A stretch of DNA of 64,000 nt from Naegleria gruberi. Lineage: Eukaryota. The stretch is from NCBI GenBank assembly GCA_000004985.1, contig GG738910.1. The stretch is one strand, 5' to 3'. This document shows positions 49,901 through 61,075 of the stretch, piece after piece (positions within the stretch are counted from its first letter, which is position 1; every line of letters starts with the position of its first letter). The notes below the pieces were generated by a model. The model saw only the letters and a list, made by a program, of their open reading frames with translations. It was not told where the DNA came from and made no database searches. The translations under genes and the position numbers were made by a program.

Positions 49901-52900
49901 TTTGTGATGTTGTGGCATGTGATGGTTTTAAAATAAGTGATCCTAGAGCTTGTAATAGACATGGTATTTGTGAAGGCCCAAACATTTGTAATTGCACTAC
50001 AGGTTATGTTGGTTCATTTTGTGATGTTTCTTTGTGTTATGGTTTCAATTCGAGTGATCCTAGAGTTTGTAATGGACATGGTATTTGTGAAGGACCAGAT
50101 GTTTGCAATTGTACCACAGGTTATGTTGGTTCATTTTGTGATGTTGTGGCATGTGATGGTTTCAATTCAAGTGATTCAAGAGCTTGTAATAGACATGGTA
50201 TTTGTGAAGGCCCAAACATTTGTAATTGCACTACAGGTTATGTTGGTTCATTTTGTGATGTTTCTTTGTGTTATGGTTTCAATTCAAGTGATCCTAGAGT
50301 TTGTAATAGACATGGTATCTGTGAAGGCCCAAACATTTGTAATTGCACTACAGGTTATGTTGGTTCATTTTGTGATGTTTCTTTGTGTTATGGTTTCAAT
50401 TCGAGTGATCCTAGAGCTTGTAATGGACATGGTATTTGTGAAGGACCAGATGTTTGCAATTGTACCACAGGTTATGTTGGTTCATTTTGTGATGTTTCTT
50501 TGTGTAATGGTTTCAATTCGAGTGATCCTAGAGTTTGTAATGGACATGGTATCTGTGAAGGCCCAAACATTTGTAATTGCAGCACAGGTTATATTGGCCC
50601 ACTTTGTGACGNNNNNNNNNNNNNNNNNNNNNNNNNNNNNNNNNNNNNNNNNNNNNNNNNNNNNNNNNNNNNNNNNNNNNNNNNNNNNNNNNNNNNNNNN
50701 NNNNNNNNNNNNNNNNNNNNNNNNNNNNNNNNNNNNNNNNNNNNNNNNNNNNNNNNNNNNNNNNNNNNNNNNNNNNNNNNNNNNNNNNNNNNNNNNNNNN
50801 NNNNNNNNNNNNNNNNNNNNNNNNNNNNNNNNNNNNNNNNNNNNNNNNNNNNNNNNNNNNNNNNNNNNNNNNNNNNNNNNNNNNNNNNNNNNNNNNNNNN
50901 NNNNNNNNNNNNNNNNNNNNNNNNNNNNNNNNNNNNNNNNNNNNNNNNNNNNNNNNNNNNNNNNNNNNNNNNNNNNNNNNNNNNNNNNNNNNNNNNNNNN
51001 NNNNNNNNNNNNNNNNNNNNNNNNNNNNNNNNNNNNNNNNNNNNNNNNNNNNNNNNNNNNNNNNNNNNNNNNNNNNNNNNNNNNNNNNNNNNNNNNNNNN
51101 NNNNNNNNNNNNNNNNNNNNNNNNNNNNNNNNNNNNNNNNNNNNNNNNNNNNNNNNNACCAAAATTCAAATGTTTCGACTCTAGTTACCATTCAAACAAG
51201 CTCTGAACAATTATATGCAAACCTTTTTATTGATACTATTTCCAGTAAGAAGGTAACACTTGTGGTTGCAAATCAAGATTTAGAACAAAGTAATGAAGCG
51301 GAAACTTGGAGTTACGTTTGTCAAGATGAAAATTTTACTAATTGTGGTCAGACAATTGCCAATATTCTCTCGAATTATGCTTCTATCAAATCTAAAACTT
51401 TGGAATTATCAGCAGATAATTTCCCATCCATTGATTCCACATATTCAATTACTTTAAACATTGTAAAGGGAGTAAGAAGTTTTTCATCTTTAATTTCCTT
51501 GAAATTTCCAAAAGAAAACCAAAAACTTCCTCCAATAGTTAACTTATTGAATGTTATTCCAAATAGAAACAGATTAAGCAAATCTGAATTTTTGAATTTA
51601 CAAATTTCTGTCACTAACAGTGATGGATTGGATGTCAAAAATTTAAAAAGAGAATGGAAATTGAATGGACAATCAATTGATGATAACTATTTAACCAAGA
51701 TGAGTACAGCATTATCAGATTCTAACAATATCGTTTTAAGTATCACCTATTTAGATGAAGGTTCATCTAACGTATTGACATGTCAAGTCACAGATTTGGA
51801 TAGTCAATTGTCAAGCACTTTTAGTTACTCATTTTCAATTATTACATCACCTAAACCATGTCCATGTTCAGTTTCACCATCTACAGGATATGCGTTAGAA
51901 ACAGAATTTACCTTCTCATGCACAAACTGCCAAAATAAGGACAATACTCTAGCATTTAGTCTATCATTTGTAGATGATAAATCTGGAGCTCTTATTCCAC
52001 TTGTAATTGAAGGTGGAAACACATTTACCACAAAGCTTCCATATCCAATTTCCAATCCATTAATGTTTGACATTACAATTGTTGACATAGAGACACTTGC
52101 ATCAGTTCAAAACTATCAAAACATTCAGATGATTTTACCAAAAGCAAGTTCTGTTCGTGAAGTCAAAACAAAAGTTGCCAAGTGGAATACTTTCCAAACT
52201 TCACTTCAACAAAATGATTTGAGAAGAATGATTTTCTCATCTGCAATTATTTCTAGAACCTCTGAGGCAATGATTTCAGCAATCAGTGGAAGAAGATCTA
52301 TTTGTTTGAACGGCGGAGTTTATAATTCTCAATTAAGAAAATGTATTTGTGTGAATGGATACAAAAAGAAAGATTGCAGCCTTAATGAAGAAGATTTCAC
52401 ATTGTTAACTGAATTTAAAGGTGAATTATTTAATAACTTTTTATTTGCATTCAAAAACAGACAAGAACAAATGTCTGAAATGTATATCATCTATCAATTA
52501 TATGGCTTGGATTCACTTTTATCAAATTATGATGAATTGAATGCTGAGATGTTTGCAAATGGAGTCCAATTCTTCAAGGATTTAATATCTTCCGCTGTTA
52601 GTGTTTCTAATTTACATCTAAGACCTGGAATTGACAAATTAACTCAAAATATTATCAACTCACTTTACAGATATTTGATTTATAATGGATGTATTGAAAA
52701 GGAATGTTTGAGAGATCATGTTATTGAAATGATAAGCATGTTGAAAGAAATTTCACAACTATTACTCAGATCCAAACTTGTAGGAGAAAGTGATCTGAAA
52801 TTAGACACTGATTTTATGGTGTTATTGACAAATAAGAACTATAGATACCATTTCAATAGTTTGAAAGTTCAAAATTTAACTTTACCTACCAATGATGAAG

Positions 52901-53529
52901 GAATTTCTTCAATTAATAACAGAATGCTATTGTCTTTCATTTCAACTAGTTCACATAATTTGGCCAACAAAATTGAGTCAACAATTGAAGTTTATGAGAA
53001 GGTAGAAAATAATAGAAAAGAGACTCAAACAATCACCAAGGATTATTCTATTACTTCAAATGTTATAAGTTTTTCCTTTTTAAGAGACCTCCAAATGAAT
53101 CAATCCATTTCCTTCTCCTTCCCTAGAAATGATCAATTTTCCGCAAGAAGCGAGCAATCATTCGAATATTCATGTATTGTAATTTGGAATATCACTCAAG
53201 TTAGACCAGAAAATGAAAATAATAATTGTAAAATAGTTGTCAACCAAGAAACAATTATTTGTCAATGTCCATATCAAAACCAAACTCAAGTAGGTGTTTT
53301 GAGAACAGCCATTTCGAGACGTGTTTCAGTTGAACAAGTAGCTCAACCTTCAGATTCAAGTAATTTACTCTATCTATTATTTTTACTCTTTTTAGTATTG
53401 TTTATTATTTTAATTGTAATAATAATTGGAATTGTTATTGTATGTCTGGTTAAAAGAAGGAGAAATGGTGGTAGTAAAAAGTCAGCAGCACATGTTGAAA
53501 TGGAGACTGTTAAAACTTCGACAGTTTAG
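46962..53529 (+). CDS. Large secreted type I membrane protein interrupted by two assembly gaps. Domain order: signal peptide, [gap], about 8 NHL repeats, at least 9 near-identical 40-aa EGF repeats, [gap], PKD/REJ-like region, CxC-ISP module, GPS-like motif, TM, tail ending in STV
   Basis: ATG at 46962 (or 46977) opens MNLKKMKTFLVCCLILIIICTVS, which then runs into the N-gap. The frame reopens at 48285 (...NGDYQYATNANLNYPLGVLITPNGEMIISETYGNRIRRV...) and is continuous, through the second gap as X, to TAG at 53527-53529. Landmarks are the PCPCSVSPSTGYALETEFTFSCTNCQN motif, IICQCPYQNQTQVGVL juxtamembrane, and TM LLYLLFLLFLVLFIILIVIIIGIVIVCLV. Exon structure inside the gaps is unknown. Confidence 0.68.
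47033..48284. other. Assembly gap (1,252 N) inside the 46962..53529 gene
   Basis: Run of N. Confidence 1.
49555..50611 (+). repeat. Coding tandem repeat, period 120 bp (40 aa: CDV(V/S)(A/L)C(D/Y/N)GFNSSD(S/P)R(A/V)CN(G/R)HGICEGP(N/D)(I/V)CNC(T/S)TGY(V/I)G(S/P)(F/L)). There are about 9 near-identical copies, running into the gap at 50612
   Basis: Successive 120-nt units differ at only a few positions. The array is truncated by the N-gap, so the copy number is unknown. Confidence 0.8.
50612..51157. other. Assembly gap (546 N) at the end of the 120-bp EGF tandem array
   Basis: Run of N immediately after repeat unit 9. Confidence 1.
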
Positions 53530-53689
53530 CCTGAATCACTAACCCATATCAAATGGGACCGGTCCGGATTCTTGGATTTTTTCAAGAATGCGTTCAAACA
53601 CGCTTCAATAAACTTTTTTTTATTAAAGATTCTTGGCGTGAAACCTAGTTCGAAATAAACCCATTTTAAAAATTATTCAATATTTTGTG

Positions 53690-54745
53690 AAGAACTTGGA
53701 AAAATATTTCAAAAATATTGGATCAACATCAGCCGTTGATTCTTGGAGTGATTTCACATCTATTAACTCCAAGAATTTCACCACATCATCTCATCATGAT
53801 TTAAATAATAGTATTAATAGTAATTTTTGGAATTTAATCTTTCATCATGATTTGGAAATAATTTTATTATTTGGAAAAATTCAAGTTGGTACATGATCAT
53901 CGGAACAACTACCAACCATCATCATTGTTATTTATCATCATTATAATAGTAATATTTGTGGAAATAAATCTGATAATAGTAATATTTTAGCGAAATTCAA
54001 TATTTTCACTAAAATCATCATCACTGCCAGATTCACATGATAATTTGGAAAACTTTCAATCTAGTATTGTTCAGAATGGTCAATTTCATCAGGTAAAATC
54101 ACTTCCGAACATTTTCCTATTGGTTATTATGATGTTAGGTATGTGTATATTTTCAAAATGTAAATGGACTATATCTCAACATGTACTTCATCAACTTGGA
54201 AAATGTCTTTCATCACTACTATTCAAATACATAATAAACAATATATTTATTATCAGCTTTTCATCATTTTGTGTTTTTGTCAGCTTCGGAATATTCATGA
54301 TAACAAATCATGATTCATGCCAAAAGTACACAGCCAATCATCTTGAAACATTAATAAACTTTTATTAGTACTATTGTCGATGTACCGTGCCAATTATTTC
54401 GTCGTGCTTCGTTGAAATCATGAAGATTTTGATATTTCTGTTTTAATTAAATTTCACATCACCTACATTGTCTCCTATGATGAAATGTATATAGGGAGGA
54501 TGTAAGCAATACATAGTCGGTACTCTATTCATTGTTTGCTGTTTTATGGTGTATTCGAGATTTTGAAATCTTGAGAAATATCCAGAGGTCATTCACCAAA
54601 TAATTATAATTTCTCTATAAATGAAATGAGGAGGGATTCATGCTATGATTATTTAGAAGAGCCACATAGAGTTTGGATACTATCTGAACTGAAATGAGGT
54701 AGAAAGAGTACAATCTTCAAATGTATTATAATATGTCCTCTCAAT
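53690..54745 (+). repeat. Dispersed repeat family R, A-type, about 1.05 kb; about 160 bp downstream of the stop of the 46962..53529 gene
   Basis: Collinear with 56213..57285 and with 44395..45890 minus the insertion. Its first about 575 bp are homologous (about 75%) to the B-type copies. Confidence 0.75.
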
Positions 54746-55299
54746 ATTGGATTTCGAAAATGGTAAGGCAATCCTAAAGTCATCTTTCAAACACAATACA
54801 GTAGCACATGATAATATTTCTACTTTGTTTATTGGTACAAATTGGAATGACTTTTATTGCCGCTTGTTTTTTGGTTTGCTTACCTTGAGAAGCCACCATG
54901 AAGAGAGTTCTCCCTTTGCTTCCTTCCACTACATCATCTAGATAAGTACCTGATACATTAAAGTGAAGTTAATGTACAAGAACTAAGAAGTACTTCAATC
55001 TATGATTGTTATCAAAATCCTAACTATTCGGTGAGAGATAAAACCTAATTAATAGCGATGCAATAGACAACCGGTTAAAGATGAATCTCTTTCCCATTAA
55101 ATCAATGATTCATAAATAAGGGACTTGTGATTGCTGTATACTATGCATCTTCCTGATAATGTAATTGACCTCGTTTAGTGTAATTCACTGAGATATTCTA
55201 AAAAAGGTGGAGATAATTATTATTTCCTCAAGCACTCCTTGTTCCTTTGCTCTTCAAATACTAGTTAATTAGTGTTGTAGATTAAACAGCTCAAAAAGA

Positions 55300-55833
55300 A
55301 TGCTTCCAAACAATTTAACCAACCAGCAGACACTATTATTCTTGTTGCATCTGATGCTACAGAACTCTAATAATGAAGTGAATCATGATGATTCGTTCCT
55401 TCCGGGCTGGGAAAAAGATGATAATAATTGTTGTCCAGTGAATCAATCAGCACTATCCAATGATAATACTTACACTAATAATACAAATAATATTGTGTTT
55501 GGGAAGGAAGAACCCAAATTACAACCATCCAAGATAATTAAGAGGAATAATAACTCCAATATTACTAATAACAAGCAGCATTCAATGAGAACGCGCCCTA
55601 AGGTTATCAACCCCTCTACTGTAAATACTTCTCCGAGCATTAGCAATAATACTACATTCTTCATCATATCGACCATTGAATCTATTAAGGAAGAAGAAGA
55701 ATTGAAGAAAACTCTTCCTAAACGACCAAGAGGAAGACCTCGTAAGAATAGTTTCGAATCAATGTCCAATTCTTCTTCTTCATCTTCAAATTGTTGCTCT
55801 TCTTCCAGCAGTAAACGAATCAAAAGGGAGTAA
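55300..55833 (+). CDS. Hypothetical small Asn/Ser-rich protein with an AT-hook-like motif (KRPRGRPRKN); it possibly continues into the 55836..56087 ORF
   Basis: 177-aa ORF. Its PRGRPRK core is typical of AT-hook DNA-binding motifs, and the remainder is low-complexity. The adjacent ORF in another frame could be a second exon, but no convincing splice pair was found. Confidence 0.4.
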   Translation: MLPNNLTNQQTLLFLLHLMLQNSNNEVNHDDSFLPGWEKDDNNCCPVNQSALSNDNTYTNNTNNIVFGKEEPKLQPSKIIKRNNNSNITNNKQHSMRTRPKVINPSTVNTSPSISNNTTFFIISTIESIKEEEELKKTLPKRPRGRPRKNSFESMSNSSSSSSNCCSSSSSKRIKRE

Positions 55834-56212
55834 CAATGAAGAATTATCATTCATTTACAAGCTGTTGTGAATACTACAGTACTGAGAATGAAGATAGAAA
55901 TCTTGATCCAAACATTCATCAACATCAACAAAATCATCATCAAGCATTTCATCCTCATGACCTTGGATGGATCAACAATACTGAATTTTTGATTTGTCTC
56001 ATGGTTATAGATGGGAAAATGTCAAAGTTTCCTTCATCAATTATTGGCTTAATTTCTCAAATTAAATCAACCAATTATTTACTATAGTATTAACAATAAC
56101 TATTGTTATATACGAAATAAACCCGTATAAATTATTCAGTAATATTCGGTCGCATCATTCTCCATGCAAAAAATATCTTTGGACACACCGATTCTTGTTT
56201 GTGGAAGAAATC

Positions 56213-57285
56213 AAATAACTTAGAAAAATATTTCAAAAATATTGGAACAACATCAGGTACATCACGACTCTGTTGATTCTTGGAGTGATTTCACATCTAT
56301 TAGCTCCAAGAATTTCACCACATCATCTCATCATGATTTAAATAATAGTATTAATAGTAATTTTTGGAATTTAATCCTTCATCATGATTTGGAAATAATT
56401 TTATTATTTGGAAAAATTCAAGTTGGTACATGATCATCGGAACAACTACCAACCATCATCATTGTTATTTATCATCATTATAATAGTAATATTTGTGGAA
56501 ATAAATCCGATAATAGTAATATTTTAGTGAAATTTAATATGTTCACTAAAATCATCATCACTGCCAGATTCACATGATAATTTGGAAAACTTTCAATCTA
56601 GTATTGTTCAGCATGGTCGATTCCATCAGGTAAAATAACTTCCGAGCATTTCCCTATGGAAATCATGATGATAGATTCATGTATATTTTCAACATGTACA
56701 TGGACTATATCTCAACATGTACTTCACCAACTTGGAAAATGTCTTTCATCACTACTATTCAAATACATAATAAACAATATATTTATTATCAGTTTTTCAT
56801 CATTTTGTGTTTTTGTCAACTTCGGGTTATTCATGGTCACCAATCATGATTCATGCCAAAAGTACACAGCCAATCATCTTGAAACATTAATAAACTTTTA
56901 TTAGTACTATTGTAGATGTACCATATCAATTATTTCGTCTTTTTTCGTTGAAATCATGAAGATTTTGATTTTTCTGTTTAATTAAATTTCACATCACCTA
57001 CACCATATTTTGTTGATGTAAACTAGACTAATTACATGTAAATAATCCATTGTTGATTCTCTAATCATGTTTTATTGTGTTTTTTTTTGTGTATTTAGGA
57101 TTTTGAAATCTTGCACAGTATTCTGCGGTTATTCTTCATATAAATATGATTCCTCACTTCATGATATGAGGAGGGATAGATAGCATGATTGTTTGGAAGT
57201 GTTGTACAAATTTTGGACACTCCCTGAATTGAAATCAGGAAGAAAGAGTCAAATCTTTAACACCATATACAATATGACTTTTGAC
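56213..57285 (+). repeat. Dispersed repeat family R, A-type; the most telomere-proximal copy
   Basis: Collinear with 53690..54745 and 44395..45890. It contains an imperfect version of the 20-bp palindrome (cctcacttcatgatatgagg). Confidence 0.75.
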
Positions 57286-58759
57286 GATGGTTTTGATCTT
57301 GTTGTTCATACCTCAAACATTGGAAAAGGAGAATGATAAACACCTTTTCTAAACATATTCTATATTTATTGAAGTTATGACCATAAGAATAAATTTCGCA
57401 TTACCAAACCATGCGAATTTATTTAGTATGAAATTTATTTTGCATAAATTTTATTCGAATATAATTGCCTGGAACAGGATGGTGATGTTATAGAGCTGAA
57501 ATTGGGAAAGGAATTGATTAATGATAATTATTCAAACATTAATGCTGGACCAATGATTCAAAATTCGAATGGACTTTGGGAATTGTTGCTTCAACATGGT
57601 TTTGAATTGAAGGAAACCAGAAATTACAATTATCCAGATGAAACCTTGAATTTCTTAAAATTAGAAAGATGTTGTTGATGATTTTCAACGTTAGGGATGA
57701 ACCAAACACTTGGAAACTAGTTTGATTTGATATTCCCCATGCAACATGTTGTGGCACAATGTTTGAGGTCCGTTGGTGTTAATAAGGCGATGGTCTATAA
57801 GGCGAAATACCATTGTTTATAGACCTTGATAAAATTTGATTTGTGTCAGCATGCCAAAACGAGACCATTATTGAAAATTCAAAACGCAAGTGCTATTTTG
57901 CAAGCACAATTAGTCTACTGTAGTAGATTTACAGCAATTATAATATAGTAATGTAACTCACCAAATAGAGCACCAACAAAGCAACGTGAAAAGTGGTGAA
58001 CACTAGGTGTTTGGTTCAATGTTCAGAAGGTAATATTGATTGTTTTTTATCCATCCTCAATCACTCCTCAACAAACCAATTCATTCCCGTTAGCATGGAT
58101 ATATAAAAAGTTATTAAGGCGAAAATAAGGTCTAAATTTAGGTATATTATCGAATTCAAAACTATTTTGTTGCACTATACTAAAAGAAACACTGCAGGGT
58201 TTGGTTAGGATTCAGAGTTGATTTATTTGGGTTATTTAAGAGATTACTTAGTGAAGATTCATATAATTGATTATATTTCTTATCATCTATAAATGATGTA
58301 ATTTTGATGGTTTCATTTCTTATATTGATAGATATTTAAAGGTCAGGTCAGAACTAACTTTTGAAATATGGACTTTAAGAATTCAAATGTTTGGGACGTG
58401 AATCTACTCATTAGATTGTGTTGGTATTGCTAATAAAGGAACATTTCATTGATTTATTGATCATAACGGTCAAATTGAGTTGAATGGAAGTGAATCAAAT
58501 GTTGATTGATCGTGGATGGGTAGTTTCGCCACGAAGTGGTGCAACTACCAACCTTTGTAGATTGAATCAGGTTGATTTGAATGCAATATGAATAAGTAAC
58601 ATTATCAAGAGTGATTATTCACCAATTCAATGATCAATATTCATTATTCGGTTTGATTTCAATCAATAGCTTGATCAACAAGCTTTGAATTAATATTCCA
58701 GTAATTAACGGCAGTCTATTTTTAAATTTAATCAAAGACCATATATAGTAGCTTGACTT

Positions 58760-60870
58760 TTGTGATCTGGAAACTATCTAGATGTGTTCTATATTGAATA
58801 ATCTATTTGAAAATGAGAAGAATTAACTCTTCTATTGAGTTTTATTGGTATTGAATGGTATTACGGTTTATAATAATCTACACAGAAATCACTCTTGAAA
58901 TATAAACTGTACTACAATGTATGAGAAACATAATGGTGGTAGAATTAATCAATAACTCGTTGAAATGACTGAGATGGAATGTAAACTATGGTCTATTTGT
59001 CATGTAATGGTGACTAGACAGTGTCAATTTCATCAAATTATTTCAAACTGATTACAATCAATAAAAACCCGTTCCATACATCAAACATGTCATATAGAAT
59101 GAGTTCCAATATTTAATATTGTGAACTGACTCTGCTGGATACCATCTCTATAAATATAACAAGATGTAAAGTGTCAACATTCAATTACACATGCATGTAA
59201 CTATGGAGAATCATCATTATATCATCTAGATAGGAAGTATTTCAAGTTTCAGTGGAATTGACTGTCTAGATATTGAGATGTGTATACTAAGGTTGAAGAA
59301 CTGTCACCTTCACTGATTACTGACATGAATATGACAATTGAATATATTATTGCTGCATTAATAATTCATTGTTCAATTATTATGATATGATGGTAAAATT
59401 TAATTTTGGAATTAAGATACTTCCTTATTGATTACCTTAGAGGTTCCTTAGTTGACTTGAAGATATTGAGCCATGAATATGAAACTTTCTCAGATCGTTC
59501 TCCTCATGAAGAGAAGCGTATTCATATTAGATACTTGTATGATATTTTGTAAACTGACTGAGATGGTATATATTCTATATGTTGAAATGTGACAATTTGA
59601 CAGATTGTTATTATTATCATACTGAATTCAATTCTAACAGACTAAAATTGATACCATATATACAATAGTGTGATTAAACATATCTGGTAAACTTACATGA
59701 TGGTTGGATATACTTTCACTGAGATAGAGTGTACACTTGGATATAATCACTATTGACATTGAACATTAACTGACTCACTCATTGAAAGTAATACGAATTG
59801 TTTTCAAACTATATACAGTGTACTTAATTGATGTATACTCTATCTGGTATCAATTCTAGTTTGATTGTATGTATAATGAGCGAGTTGGAGCATAATCTAT
59901 GATATCATGTCAAAGTTCTATAGTATATTGATAGAGTTGACATCTCGACATCTACTGAACCAGTACTTATGAAATTGATATCATAGGCTAATTAGAGAGT
60001 CTACGTATCATGATATCAATTTCAGTGAAAATGGAGTTGTTTATGTACCTTTCAGATTTCCGTCCATTCTCTTGAAATATCACCATGTACTATCTACTGG
60101 ATGCATTTCTTGAAATAAAAATATATAACTTGATGAAAGTCCACTTTATTTGAGATGTAGAACACGATATTATCATTTATTTTGAGATTGGTAATTTTTC
60201 CTATAGTATCATCCTTATTATCTTAATTGACCTAAAGAGGTCAAGGAGAGATATCAAATCATAAAATAAATGATATTTTCGAGATGTACTATCGATTTCC
60301 AATCTATTGATATGTATTTTGTTGATTGAGGATTTGGTTCTCTATATTCAAGATTTCCTACTGCTCCTAAGTCAACCTTGATATTTCACCCTTTACCTTA
60401 CTGAAAGATAGAATATTCACCAAAATGTCTGAAATTTGAACCATATACAGTATTTGAGATGTTGAACATGATGGTAATGTTTCATAGAGTGGTCATTTTC
60501 CAGATTTTCATCCATGTACACAGTTCAACCATAAACTATCAACATTTACCTTTCCATGGTACCATTTCTGATTCTTATGATATGAAATTGAATTCTACAT
60601 CATTATAGATCATCTACATCATGTTGGTAAAGTTTCAATAGTGGTTCTTTTTCAAGATTTTATCCTTTTCATACCTAGTTGACCATGTGTGGTTGAGGGA
60701 AGAAATCTTTAAATATGAAAGTTAAAATAAATTTGATATTCGATGTTTACTCATCAAATGGAACATTTTCATATTAGGATTCAATATGTTTTGATGAGAA
60801 ACTCAAAAGTTATAGTTGACCTCTTGTACTTCACAACTTCCCTTTTCACTTCATACTGGGTTTGGTACCT
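58760..60870. repeat. Subtelomeric tandem duplication, copy 1 (about 2.1 kb unit with no ORFs, AT-rich, with internal degenerate 100-120 bp sub-repeats)
   Basis: Aligns with 61076..63395 at about 85-90% identity (for example 58761 tgtgatctggaaactatctagatgtgttctatattgaataatct versus 61079 tagtctggaaataggctagatgtgttccatattcaataatct). A roughly 200-bp spacer at 60871..61075 is not duplicated. Confidence 0.7.
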
Positions 60871-61075
60871 GTCATTATCTCTCTGGTTTGGGATCCGCAC
60901 ATGCTCAGATCTTATAGCTTATCAATGTGATGTATAATAGTCTGATCTACTTGTGGTAAAAACACGAAGGTGTAATATTCTATATTTATTGAGATAATCA
61001 ATAAAGTTTAGTATTTGTCAGAAAAACTTGCCCTCTCGCCAAGAATTCATTTTGCCATATTTGGGATCTGGACTT

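Noticed and set aside
55836-56087. 83-aa ORF immediately after the AT-hook ORF
   Set aside because: It could be a second exon of the 55300 gene. No GT-AG pair of plausible size joins the two frames, so it is left unannotated.
53687-56904. Short ORFs inside the R repeats (44832..45059, 53687..53896, 54045..54368, 56242..56433, 56656..56904) that recur in each copy
   Set aside because: Their recurrence simply reflects the more than 90% nucleotide identity of the repeat copies. They have no domain similarity, no consistent start context and low-complexity translations. They are possible but unsupported as genes.
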